Shown in pieces: positions 1 to 12,415 of a DNA stretch of 64,000 bases. The stretch comes from Hormiphora californensis (lineage: Eukaryota; Animalia; Ctenophora). Every line of letters begins with the position of its first letter. Position 1 is the stretch's first letter. A program made the translations under genes and the position numbers. The stretch is from NCBI GenBank assembly GCA_020137815.1, contig CM035358.1:5580001-5644000 (forward strand), written 5' to 3'. Under the pieces are notes generated by a model. The model saw only the letters and a list, made by a program, of their open reading frames with translations. It did no database searches and had not been told where the DNA came from.

Positions 1-1502
1 GCCTTAGACATGATGAGCTGATACTTCTACAGGAAATATTATCATTATTAAATCTGTTTACAATAATTTGAGATTGTCAATATTGCCCACGTACAGGAAA
101 ATATGTTTTCGTTAAGGGTGATCTTTAGAAGCTTCCTAGTTTCTAGCCCACGGCTCTTTCTATCGTGTGGATATCCTTATTATAATTTGCAAATGAACGT
201 CGTGATGATGGTGACCTATCATCACGTGCAAATGGTGGGGGGTTGCCAAGGAGGTGCTTTGGGAGGGGTATGGGAGGTTGCACGTGCGGGTTGGTGCAGC
301 GAGTGAGAGGGGTGCTCCTGGGTGAGGAAGAGTGTGGGGATTCGGGTCAACGGGTGCTCTACTTCAATGGGCTTTCTAGTCCTTATTATAATAAGCAAAT
401 GCGTGGCGTGATGAGTATGGTGATGTAGTATCCACACGTGCAAATAGAGGGGGTTGCCCTGGGAGGTGGCTTGGGAGGGGTATTGGAGGGGGGATACTGC
501 ACGTGCATGTTGTTGGTTGTTTGTTGTGTGTTTCTTGCGTGTTCCTGTGGTGTTTTGGGATCTACTACTGCCGCCCCCATGATTGCCAAAGCTTTTCTAC
601 CTACGTACCCCATTGATTCTCTTCACACCTACAATTCTACGGATCTTTATCACCTGATTCTACATGTTATTCAGCGGGATTTCCCTTGATGTTTATCACC
701 AGCGCTCTACCACTCTACCAACCTCCGTATTCTTTACCCCGACATGGAGAGACGAAGAGTGAGAGGGGGAGAGACACATAGACGGGTGGGGTGGGGGGGG
801 GGGGGTTTGAGGGACTTCAATGGGCTTTCTAGTACAAAATAAACTCGGGTTGACGGTGAAATTTGAGGACGAGGGTTGAGGACAACCGCAACTAAAGGAG
901 AAATGGAATATCAAAATTGTGAGTGACAAAATTTTGATTTGAGTTGAACTCAGTTGCAGCAACTGAGTTCCTCTTGATTTTTGAAGCAGATTTGCAGTGC
1001 AACACGTTAGTCGTTAAACATCAGGTGCGAATCATCCCACTTTGTGAGAGCCGAGATTATGTTGGTACTTGGTAGTGGCCATCGCATTCGTTAATGACCC
1101 CTGTCCCCTTGGTAGAGACAGTGCTGATAAGGCAGATTTTAGAGGTTATTGGCAAACGCTGCTGGCCCCCGATAGCGCGGGATAAGGCAAACAATAAATG
1201 ACGGAATAAGGCAGCGCTTTTCAAGAGAGGTTAACCGTTTTAAAATTTAAAGTTTAAATTTTAAAGCAAATTCGAAAACGTGTTGGAAATTTGAAAAGTC
1301 TTGATTTTTAAAAACTCAAGGAAATTGAAATCTGTCAGATGAGTGCGCGTGTCAATGCCGCGTTGAAGCTTATATTTTCTGCGCCGCGCCATCCGCGCCA
1401 TCCGCGGTTAGGTCAGTCGTCTCGAAACTTTTCAAGATGGCCGTTTTTTATTTTTACAAGAATGAGAAGAGCTTCTCGTCTGCAACTCTTGTTGCCTCCT
1501 GA

Positions 1503-1853
1503 TAAGGAACCATAATAAAGTTCAAGAGCCTCCAAGAGCGCACCACAATCAAGAGAGACCAAAATCAAGAGCACACCACAATCAAGAGAGACCAAAATCA
1601 AGAGCACAACACAATCAAGAGAGACCAAATCAAGAGCGCACCCCAATCAAGAGAGACCAAATCAAGAGCGCGCCTCATCCAAGAGAGCTCCCTATCCAGA
1701 AGATACCAGATGTGGTGCGCTCTTGAATTTGGTCTCTCTTGATTGTGGTGCGCTCTTGATTTGGTCTCTCTTGATTGTGGTGTGCTCTTGATTTTGGTCT
1801 CTCTTGATTGTGGTGCGCTCTTGGAGGCTCTTGAACTTTATTATGGTTCCTTA
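1503..1853. mobile_element. Foldback MITE with internal ~33-bp tandem repeats
   Basis: TA|AGGAACCATAATAAAGTTCAAGAGCC...GGCTCTTGAACTTTATTATGGTTCCT|TA. Both arms are built from CACCACAATCAAGAGAGACCAAAATCAAGAG units in opposite orientation. Confidence 0.85.
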
Positions 1854-2520
1854 TGAGTTGACTACTTTATTCTGGTTGTACAAAAAGATCTCATTGAGTA
1901 TTTTTTTACTGTCAATTTATTTGATTTAGTACCATTATATCGTTGTCTATCTTGTTAATTTTTTTAAATGTTGCTTTAACTTCAAGTCTCTATCTCATCT
2001 TGATCGTGGCCGTTTGAAATTCGCAAAAAAGCTAGCACGGAGCGCCTAGCCGATAACAGATGGCCATTTCAGACTACTAACTAAGTTTTACTTGGAGTAA
2101 AAACTAGCAAATGAATTTAATATTGAGAGTTCCCTAGCACTGACGACGTTCCTGCTCGACCCGCTCGATTTTTTGTTTTGAGACTTTAGAGTCGGCTGTC
2201 TGGCGTTGGCCGTTGGCGCCACCAGAGTCAAATTTGGATAATTTGAAAAGTAAACTGATTTTTCTAATTCAGTTTGATAATTGGTACTGCTAACCAAATC
2301 TCGATTTACCATAATCCTCAGGCCTCAGGGGAATAGCTTCTGGACGTTAAATCGAGATTCGAGGCGTATGTATCGAGATTAATATCGGGGGAACAATTAA
2401 TAATTTATTGTACCGGCATAGCTTCTGGTAAATCGAGGTTTGACTGTACTTCGGAATTAAACACGCTTCCTACTAATTGGAATGACAAAGTTCAAAACTA
2501 TCGATAGTTTCATCCTAGGC

Positions 2521-4985
2521 CTAACTTTCCTGGTTTTCTAAAATATCCCTGTTCATCAAGGCAACTCTGACAACTCTTAAAAAGTCTGGTTCCCGTTTTG
2601 AAATCCGTCGTTGGTGTTCTTTTTGCTGCTGCTGCTGCTGCTGCTGCCCTTGAAATTCCACTCTTTCCTCTCCAGTCACGGAACTAATTTCTGGTTTATC
2701 TTCTTCGTCGGACGATTCGTGATCGTACCACCTGAGCAAAAGGAATGTATCAAATTTTGGGCAATCTCTTTTTGATTTTCGATTGATATTGGGTTGGGTT
2801 GTAAAATTGGGCTGAATTTTGGTAAACAGATTGTTTTCTAGGGAATTGTCGTTGCATTGAGTTTTCTCACTGTTTCGTTAGAGGATCCCATCGTTCTTTT
2901 CCTGGGGTTCTGATGTATTTGCAAGATCGAATATTCGGTATCGTATCAGATAAGGCCATATCTGAAAGATAAAAATAGTTTAACAAATTAGTAATGTCGG
3001 ATTTTTTGAAGTTGTCACTACATCACATGTGAACGTGTGGTGTGCACGTCAAAATTGATAAATTTCACATACAAGGTCATTTGGGGGTGACAACTTCAAA
3101 AAATCCGACGTTAGTTTAGGCGCTCTGGAAATCCACTGTTATTGAACACTCACGTTTTCTCCAAGTGCTGAGATTAAAGCGATCAACAGTGCTGAGCCTC
3201 TTTTTAGGAGTGCCATCTCCCTCAGGCAGTATTCACCCCTTTCTTCTATGATGGGAGACTCTGCCTCGTCAAGTATCTTCATTCTGTTGACTACTAATGG
3301 ACCCTGATCAGTGATCTCCCCGAATATATCCCGTGGAGGCGGTGCCGTTCGGTCAACAGCTGTTTGTGGTATTATCTGGAAACTGTCCCTTCTTTTTAGG
3401 TTATACAGCTGCCCGTTGAAGAGGGTTAGCTTTTCCGTGAAGTCTCTGTCCAGACCGTGCACCGGGCTGGGAGACCGACCAATGAACTGAAAAGGGACAT
3501 TATTTAATTGAAAGTATATACAGTTGGACCCCGATTTACCGACAGTATACTGCAGTACTAACATTGCAATGAATTGATCTAGTGTCACACTTACTGGTAG
3601 GTGTTTCTTCATTTCAACTTCACCCATGCTTCGTGAACCTCTTCTCCTGAGGTTGCCTTTCCGTTCTGGTGAGAGATACTGGGGCAAGTTCGTTAGGGAT
3701 TTCCGACGTCGTTCGTGGCCTGGGATTGATTGAAATGAAAATTAACAATGATCAGTCCTTAGAATTTAAGCCTTACAATGTAACAGTAGTAGTAGTAGTA
3801 CCTTCAACATGTTCCAATTGATCTTCATAAGTCACCCTCGGTACCCTTTCTTCTTCTACTCGCGTTATCTGACCCTCCTCTTTAGTGGGAAGTCTGATGT
3901 ATCTGGCTTGATCTTCTGTAATAGTAGGTGGTTCCGGAAGGAAGCTAATTCTCCTTTTTTGGGGCACATCAATCCTTCCCATTTTTATCAGGTCCTATAA
4001 AAACAAGTTTATTCTTCTGCATCACTTGAATTGTTCATACTGTATCAAGCGACTCAATGCGTCACCGGGTGACCATCATTCGAAGAATTGTTGGAAGATT
4101 CCATTACCTTGGCACTTTTCTTGAGTCCTCGAAAGATATGTTGTTGGCTGGAACTCATTTTTCCTCCATTGAACGAATATATCTCATCAATGTCTATATT
4201 TGTATTTACTGGAGAAAAAAAGGGATGGTTACTGGTTACTGGCCAGGCTTGATGCAAAAGTATGTTATCTTCTAAATCTTCTTATCGCTTTTTTAAGAGG
4301 ATTGAATCACAGTCACTTACTTGTACTTGATTTCCGTAACTGTCGATTAGTGAAATGTTGTGCGTAACCAAGGTTCTTGTTGAACTCCTGATAAGAGTTA
4401 TCATTAGACCGATATGGGTTTAACAAGGAGGCGTATGATGGTCGAGGCTTCTTCTTTTCTTTAATTTTCGTGTTTCTGTGTGTCGTAGTGGAGCTGGATG
4501 ATTTCGCTGGCTCTATCCGACCACCTCGCCGACCCCGTGGCGTTATCGAAGGGCTCTTTGAAAGTCGCTGGATTGCTTTAGCGTTTGTGATCCTTTCTGC
4601 ACGTCGCTCAAAGTTAAGGCGTTTGTGGTCCAGCTCCCTCCAGGAATCCTTCTCCAACTTCTCCAGTTGGACAATTTGATTCGTTAGCTTTCGTTGCTCC
4701 TGAATAGTTTGGTTTCTTAGCTTTCGTTGCTCCTGGGTGGTAGACAACACGTGATGGAGTTTTGCTACAGTTTTTGAAAAGCAGACAATTTGCTTAGGAT
4801 GGTTAATAGCTTGTGCTAAGCAAGTGTTTACAAAAACAAATAACATTACACACCTGAAGGTTAAAAAACCGTGTTTTAAGATGGTTCCTGTAGATCCTAT
4901 CTGATACCATGTGTATCCTGGTAGCCTTCCGACCCTGTTCCATGATCTGTCTTCTTGTTATCTTCAACTTCTTATCGTCATCCAT
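2521..4985 (-). CDS. Multi-exon gene of unknown function (basic, coiled-coil-like, poly-Q near C-terminus)
   Basis: Minus-strand ORF pieces join through phase-compatible GT-AG introns. Approximate exons: 4985-4854, ~4790-4321, 4271-4210, 3994-3803, 3720-3595, 3487-3154, 2961-2871, 2731-2521. One base appears to be missing near 3232. No domain recognised and the start is uncertain. Confidence 0.55.
2992..3113. mobile_element. Short MITE in an intron
   Basis: Inverted repeats ATGTCGGATTTTTTGAAGTTGTCAC / GTGACAACTTCAAAAAATCCGACGT around a ~60-bp spacer. Confidence 0.7.
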
Positions 4986-5963
4986 TTTCCTGTCTCGCGA
5001 GCCTTTTTAAAAGAGAGTTTGCTGGTTTGGCATTCAAGACTTCTTATCGTCATGCATTGTTTCTACTTTGTAGACTTGTTCAGACTGTCTTGTGGGGCCT
5101 TTTTAATTTGGACAATACAACTACTTTTGGTTTCAACTTTCAAGGTCAATGGAAGACAAACAAAAAATTCGCATCGTAGTTAGGCTGCTCATGCATGCTA
5201 AAAGTTAAAACAAACAACATAATGAACTTTTTTTCGTTCCTAAAAATGAGCTATTCTTAGGGAGACTGTGCCAGAAAGGACAACTTACTGCAACTGAGAC
5301 CTGTGTAGAGAGAGGGGGATAGAGAGAGAAAGAAAGAGAGAGAAAGAAAGAGAGAGAAAGTATCCACAGGTCTTGAAAAATGGAAGACATAGCTCCTAAC
5401 TGTGTTATCTCAGAGATCGGGTTAAAGTCATGAGAGCTCAGATTTCTCCTCATCTCTTTCCTTCTCTCTCTTTCTCTCTCGCTCTCTCTTACAAGCTCTC
5501 CAGAACTGATGATCGGTAGGGCACCTCTCTTAACATATGTTTTCAGGGATTATTTCCCTTCAGTATCCATGGTAATTTCAGATGGGCGGTTAGGTCTGTA
5601 ACTCTAGGTGATTGCTGTAACTTGCCTTGTTCGCCCCTTACTGTGATCTCTGAGCTGTGTTGTAACTTGGGTAATACTCTTTCATCGGGCCAGTCTCAAA
5701 AAGGAGGAGGGAGATTGCCTTTTCATACATAATGCGATTATCCGTAAAAAGGAGAAAAAACAATAAAATTTATTCCAAGTGCCGATCAGGGGGCCTTTAC
5801 TAATTATTTCAGTACAATTGAGTTTTCAAACTTATGTTTTGCAATATACACGCCCACGGTAACCCACTTTTTTGCATGGCAGCCCATAATTTAGCTCCAA
5901 TGGAATATGGATGTGCTAAAAAACAAACACCTGACTAACTTAAACCTATTTTTAGCAAGCTAA

Positions 5964-6803
5964 ATGATGGCCAAGATAACCTGGAAGGGGATTGATATCA
6001 AAGAGGCAACGGCTCTAACATTTAAAATCCTCAAACTTGTCATGCCAGTTTCGGGTGTTGGTATGGTATCCACCATGTGCCTCTTTCTCGCCCTCGTTTA
6101 CTACTGGTTCCTCCTCCCCTACCAATTGTTCACCTACCCCATCCTCCTCACCCTCATCCTATTTCTAATCGCACATTGGATCCTGGTAAACACTCTCTAC
6201 AACTACATCCTCGCCATCCTGATCCATCCGGGGAAGTCCAAGGGTTCCGGGCCTTCAAAGTGCCGGCAGTGCCGAACCAACCGACCGGAAAGATCACACC
6301 ACTGTAAAACGTGTGGCTACTGTGTCCTCCTAATGGATCACCATTGTCTGTGGATCAACAACTGTGTGGGGTACTACAACTATGGGTACTTCATGAAGGC
6401 GTGCCTGTATGCCTGGCTCGGTGCTGCGTATGGAACCCTTGCTTTGTTACCGGAGGTGTTTGCATTCAGTCGGGAGACAAGTGTGATCTTCCTTTATCAG
6501 GATCTACCCAATCTGTGTATAATAGCGTGGTGTGTCTGTCTTGCTGTTCTGGTTGGGTTTACTATTATGAATGGATGGTTTCTCTACCTCATCTCCCTTG
6601 GTATGACTAGTATTGAATACAAGCAGTTGTCAGCGTGGAAAACTGGAGTGGTGTCGCCATATACCCGGGGCACCTGGGCTAACATCGCCTATGCACTGGG
6701 AGTTAGGGACGGGAGGTGGTCAATGCTGTTGAGACCGTGTTATTTTATACCTTATAATTATTGGAGTACTGTCGATCTTGAGGCGGTAGAAACCCAGTAT
6801 TAG
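5964..6803 (+). CDS. DHHC-type palmitoyltransferase (ZDHHC16-like), single coding exon
   Basis: DHHC-CRD motif CRQC...RPERSHHCKTCGYCVLLMDHHCLWINNCVG flanked by four hydrophobic segments, followed by a TTxE-like motif (TSIE) and PY.RG...N. Confidence 0.95.
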   Translation: MMAKITWKGIDIKEATALTFKILKLVMPVSGVGMVSTMCLFLALVYYWFLLPYQLFTYPILLTLILFLIAHWILVNTLYNYILAILIHPGKSKGSGPSKCRQCRTNRPERSHHCKTCGYCVLLMDHHCLWINNCVGYYNYGYFMKACLYAWLGAAYGTLALLPEVFAFSRETSVIFLYQDLPNLCIIAWCVCLAVLVGFTIMNGWFLYLISLGMTSIEYKQLSAWKTGVVSPYTRGTWANIAYALGVRDGRWSMLLRPCYFIPYNYWSTVDLEAVETQY

Positions 6804-7217
6804 ACCAGGAAAATGTGGACAAGCAGCCAGCGGGATCTGGAAAAAAAACTAATGACTCAGCGAATATATTGTAGAATGATGCTCTTACAGTCGAGCTTGA
6901 GAAATGTTAAAACTCTAGATGATAGATTATAGCTAATCTTGTGTCGTTTGTGTTTTGTTTTCTGTTTTGTAGAACTTTCTACGAGTTATTTAACATAATT
7001 TGTGATATTTTTGGGCGTGTGTTCTTCCCTATAACACTCCTTTCTTTTATAAAATGACCTTTTCTCCATTCAATTGTTTCCATTTAAACTGTCCCTTTCC
7101 CTGGTGCGCACAAGCCAGCGTTCTCGTAGAAGAAGGAGAAGTCCCCTTCTTCCCTTCCTAATACCCAATTCCCTCCTTTTTATTACCACTCCGACCTCCG
7201 TCCCTCCTCTCTATAGT

Positions 7218-10200
7218 ATGGACTTTTTCAATTTCGACAAGCCAGTCCAGCGAACCCAGCATATTGGATCAGCCAGACGGAGGCCAGAGGCCCCCACTTA
7301 CCAATGAACCCCATCCACACCAACCCATGTACAGCTCCATTCCCGATATGACACTTCACCAAAAAAATGACATTTACTTGCGACCACTAAACGATTATAC
7401 AGAAGCACCCGATCAGCAGAACTTATCCAGTGTTCGGAATCACTTCAAAAACCGCCCTCCGCCGGCTGATTTACCGATCATAAATTATCGGGATCGTATT
7501 GTGGATACAGTGGAAAACAATTTGGTTACCATAGTAACGGCTCCTACGGGCAGCGGAAAGTCCACCCAAGTTCCACAGTACATCCTTGATTCGGAGTTTG
7601 ACGAAGGACGGCATTGTAAAATTGTAGTTACACAACCGAGGAGAGTGGCTGCAATTTCTCTTGCTCGACGTGTCCTTGAGGTAAATAGTGTGAATTGGCT
7701 TGCCTCTAGACTCAACTAGGATAGTATTTTTGACATTCTGGAACAGTCTCGAGGCATATATAATATTAGTATTATTAATATTATAAAATCCCAATTCCCA
7801 ATTGGTATGATGATAATTTCATCATCATTATCAGAGTCTATCCAATCTTACTATCTCCAATATTCTAAACTCCCCTCAATCTAACTCTCTCCAATATTTC
7901 CAGGAGCGTCAACTCCCCGATCTCGAGGAGAACACCCGCGATGGAAGTGGAACCTTGGTTGGATACCAGATCGGGATGGATCACAAAGCCAATGCTGATA
8001 CCCGCCTAACCTACATGACCACCGGTGTACTTCTTCGGAAGCTCATCTGTAATCAGTCCCTGGGCGAGTTCACCCACATCATCCTGGACGAAGTTCACGA
8101 GAGAGATAAAGACAGTGATTTCATTTTACTGCTCGTCAAGAAATTCCTAAAAGATTCCGATATTCAAGTGCGGGTTGTGGTCATGTCCGCGACGGTGGAT
8201 GCCCAAAAGTTCTCAAATTACTTTCAGACCCTTGGATGTGATGGGTGTTTGAGGGGTGCACCTATTATCGAAGTGAATCAGCGGATGTTTGATGTTCGGA
8301 TTCACTATCTTGAAACGGTAATTACCCAATTTAAAGTGATTAAAAGATTGTTTTAGGTACCTAGTAGAAAATAGCTTTCGAGTATTTTCTCTTTTTTTTC
8401 AACCCTCAAAAGACGCATTTATCGCTAATAATTTTTCACCGGTTCTCACTATTACTAGCATTTACTAAAACCTATACCCCCGCTTGCCAAGCTAGACTGT
8501 CGCACACCCCGCCCCCGAAACACAAATGTAAAGGGAGGGTTAGAACATAACAACCCCCCGCACAGGTGACTCGGTTGATTGACCAGGAGATGGACGGGGA
8601 CGATTCCATGTCCCAAAAGGAAGCTACGATCGAGGAGAAAACCTACAAAAGGGCAAGAGATCTGATACTGTATTTTGATACTGTCGATGAGGATGGTGCC
8701 GTGTTAGTGTTCTTGCCGGGGATATATGAGATTGAGAACATGCAGAAAGCTCTTGAGGGTCACCGGGAAAGGTAAGAGATATTTTCAAAAACACAGACAT
8801 CACGATTTGATACACAAACGAAAAGAATATTATGTTTGAAAACCCCAATTTCCCCCCATTTCAGGATAGAGATCATCTGCCTGCACAGTTCAATACCCCG
8901 TCAGTACCAAATGAGAGTATTCAATCCTCCGCCTCCTGGGAAACGCAAAGTTATCCTATCAACCAACATCGCCGAAAGTTCCATCACCGTTCCAGATATC
9001 AAATACGTCATCGATTTCTGCCTGACGAAAGAGCTCTACGCGGACAGTGGCACTGGCATGTCCTCCCTAAAGTACGTTTGGTCTCCCAAGAGCTCTCTGG
9101 ATCAGAGAAAGGGCCGAGCGGGGCGTGTTGCTAAGGGCGAGTGCTTTAGACTGATCTCGGAACACTTCACCCAGAACCTTCTTGATTACAGCAAACCTGA
9201 AATGCAGAGGTGTTCCATTGAACAGCTGATACTTTGGTGCAAGATCCTAAATATCGGGGATCCGAAACACGTACTTTCCTACGCTCTAGACCCGCCTGAC
9301 CTAAACAAACTGAGAGAGGGAGCATTGTTGTTACTTGAAGTTGGGGCCCTGATCCTACCCCAGGATCACAGGTGCATCAGGGACCCTCTGGATCAGGAGC
9401 TCTCTTTCCTGGGAAGGATAATGGGAAACATACCCCTGGATGTTCGACTGACCCGTCTGATCATGTTTGGGTTAGTCTATAACTGCCTTACGGAGTGTGT
9501 GATTATGGCGGCTTGTCTCTCGCTACCTGCTTTCTTGGAAATGCCATTCAACGATAAACACAGGAAGTTGGAGACTTATGTTAGTCGGATGAAGATGGCC
9601 AAGGGGAGCTTTTCCGATCCCATAATGATGTATCTCATCTACGATAAGTGGTATGATCTAACTCACAACAGTCGGAGTGGAAATCAAATGGAAGCAAGAC
9701 AGTTTTGTTCCCATAACTTTCTCAATCATAACAGATTGAACGAGGTAGCGAGCTTGGTTCAGGACATCTTGCACTTCCTGAGGGGCCGAAACGTCCCGGA
9801 GTCGCTGTACAACCAACGGACGTCTGAGGTTGACGTGTTCCGATTGAAGTTGGCGCTTGCTGGAGCTAACTATCCCTTCTATTATCGGATTGATAAGTAC
9901 GCCTTTGACTCCACCACCTGTATCAAAGAGTTTGGAAATCGAAAAACAAGTGACACGGTATATTTCACTGGAATGAAGATGCCAGTAGCGCCTACCGAGT
10001 TCGAACTGAAATACAAGGACCAGTTTAGCTCCTATTTTTCACGCTATTTCGATTCAATAAAGAGGGTAACTTTGGAATCAAACCGAGTCTACGTTACATT
10101 TGATCCACCTAAGGAATTGGAGATCAGCAGGAATGTGTTTTATGCGCTGAAAATGAAACAACTCAGTCTGGGGCTGACACTCAAGTACAGGAACAGGGTT

Positions 10201-11914
10201 GGAGAGGTCACTGAAACCTCCAGTGTTGCTGTTCACATCCCTAAAGCTGATACTGGACAGACGGTTAGAGGTTCTTGTTAGCTATGTCGAAAGCCCCACC
10301 CGGTTCTTCATCCAGTTTCAGGACAGACGGTCTTCTGAGGCTTTTAACGCCCTCTCCGATGCAATTCAAAGGACTGAGCTAGTTAGATTTGATGCCAGAA
10401 GGATTTCAATGGATGTTTATGGGTTGACATATTTCGACGACCTCCTCTATCGGGTAAAGGTGCTAAACATCAACAAAGATGACGGGAAATTCATCCTCAA
10501 AGTCAAGTTTGTCGACTATGGGAATTCGATGTGGATCAAGGCGTCATTACTCTTCCAAATCACTAGAGAGTTCCTAGAGTGGTGTCCCTTCCAAGCGGTC
10601 GAGTGCTCTATCGAGGGAATTGGACCGACCATGAGGAGCTGTATAGCGGGAGGAAGTGATGGTGGTAGATGGCACGAACGTGTCATTAACACCATGAAAC
10701 CTCTCGTGGAAAACAAGTGTTTCAACGCTAAAGTGTTCTACAATGTTCAAGATGTCCTTCATGTGGATTTGTTAGAAGGTCAAAACAGTTTCAAACAGTA
10801 TCTGATATCGAACCGGTTTGTCGAGGCTGCGGTGGACAGTTGGCAAATTGAACAGGTGAAACTGTCGGAGGAGAACATGAGGCATGTCACTGTTTACCTC
10901 CCTGCTGTTACCATAGTATCCAACGGTAACCATGACAACCAACAAATGCAACCTGATGTCCAAAGTTCCCGGTTATCAGGACCAACTAACCCCTACCAAG
11001 CGGTGTTTGCTGGCCTTACAGACTCTGTTAGACGGTTTGTTCCCCAAGTTAGCAAGGATTCAGTATGTTCCATCCTGATGTGCACGAACCCCAACCATCA
11101 CTACACAGAACTAATCTCATCCAGCAGTGTAGCTCTGACCAGTAATGGTTGTAGGATCGATATGCGGGGTGTGACATGTCATTTGAAACAACGTGGATTC
11201 GCGGATCTGATGGTAATGCTGTATGCGCCACGTGTACAACTTCACACTACAGAAAGCAGGTTGAACTATGTGGGATGCCGGGCAGGCCTCGGTTTGGACA
11301 GCTTTGGGGAGGAACTCTGGCCAGATCACGATCTGTGCATTTCATTCGATCAGCGGTTCTACTCCTCTGATATTGACGACATAAACCTGGTCCGAACGCA
11401 CATTTCCGAGATTCTGGAGGGTGGCGATAGCAAGGACAAATTCGAGCACACCGTGGGAACGATTAAAAAACTCCAAGAACGGGTTTACCACGGGATAAAC
11501 ACTATTCTAAACAGAATCAGCAGTCCCAAGGATCACCGGAAACTCAAACGGTTGGAGCTCTCTAACTTCAGCTGGAAACCATCTCACGGGACAATTAATC
11601 TCTTGGATAGTTTCGACGATGGTTACCGGGGAACTGATTGTGAGATATTCCGTCCTCACAGCCTCCTTGGGTTCCAGGAGGAGGAAGTAGTGAGGATGAT
11701 CGAATCACCGGAGATGGTTGAAAAGGTTGAGGATCTAAGAGAACATGTTGCATTTCTGAAGGAGACTACAGGGGTCAATAGCAGCCGGTTCCTGACTTGT
11801 GAACTTTGTGATAAGAGTACTTCTAATCCGAGGGAGTTGAAGATTCATCTGGAGAGTGAAGAGCATTTGATGGAGGAGGGTCGGCTGGAATTGTGGACTG
11901 CTCCTAGAAGATGA
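7218..11914 (+). CDS. TDRD9: TDRD9/Spindle-E DExH RNA helicase with Tudor domain and C-terminal C2H2 finger (piRNA pathway)
   Basis: Exons 7218-7680, 7904-8317, 8566-8771, 8865-11914. Motifs APTGSGKSTQVPQ, TQPRRVAA, DEVHER, MSAT, STNIAESSIT, QRKGRAGR; Tudor-like YRVKV...VKFVDYGN; CELC...H...H finger. Apparent +1 frame breaks near 7295 and 10265. Alternative start at ATG 7327. Confidence 0.92.
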
Positions 11915-12015
11915 GAGGAAGATTTGTGGACTGCTCCTAGAAGATGAGAGGAAGATTTGTGGACTGCTCCTAGAAGATGAGAGGAGGAATTGTGGACTGC
12001 TCCTAGAAGATGAGA
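11891..12015 (+). repeat. 33-bp tandem repeat x4 containing the TDRD9 stop codon
   Basis: TTGTGGACTGCTCCTAGAAGATGAGAGGAAGAT at 11891, 11924, 11957 and 11990. Confidence 0.9.
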
Positions 12016-12415
12016 GATCAAAACGGATTTGTGAACACTTCCTAAATAAAGGATTGATGGGCATTATCAGAGCAAGTGAAAATATATGAGAGTTTATTTA
12101 TTGGAGCAAATCATGAGAATGTCAGATTGAAAAGGTGACCATTCAGTAAAATGAGTGAGATTTCAGAAAGTGCGTGTACCCGTTACCGAATATTTAGTAA
12201 GAGTTTTCTAGTTGATTGCTGCTGTATTTTAAGTTTGTGCCATTTTACCGGGGCATTTTATTTGTGAATTATTGCTATAGCAACTGTTAATAAACATGAC
12301 GTTCAGTTTATTTTTCTAATCTAAAATTGTTTTTAATTTGCCCTCTTTTTAACCGAGTACCTACCATTACCCTAATAATACAACTCTTCCTTTATACTTT
12401 AGACTCTCCTTAGCC

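Noticed and set aside
150-960. Short ORFs in a degenerate ~205-bp duplicated G-rich region
   Set aside because: Low-complexity translations with no splice-coherent model; probably part of a repeat whose ends cannot be defined here.
1530-1830. Regular ~33-bp repeats resembling a CRISPR array (also 11891-12015)
   Set aside because: No unique spacers, no cas genes and a eukaryotic context. They are MITE-internal or simple tandem repeats.
10185-10260. Small intron as the explanation for the second TDRD9 frame break
   Set aside because: Frame-compatible GT-AG pairs exist (40, 49 or 76 nt) but the splice signals are weak; a single-base indel gives a smoother protein. Not fully excluded.
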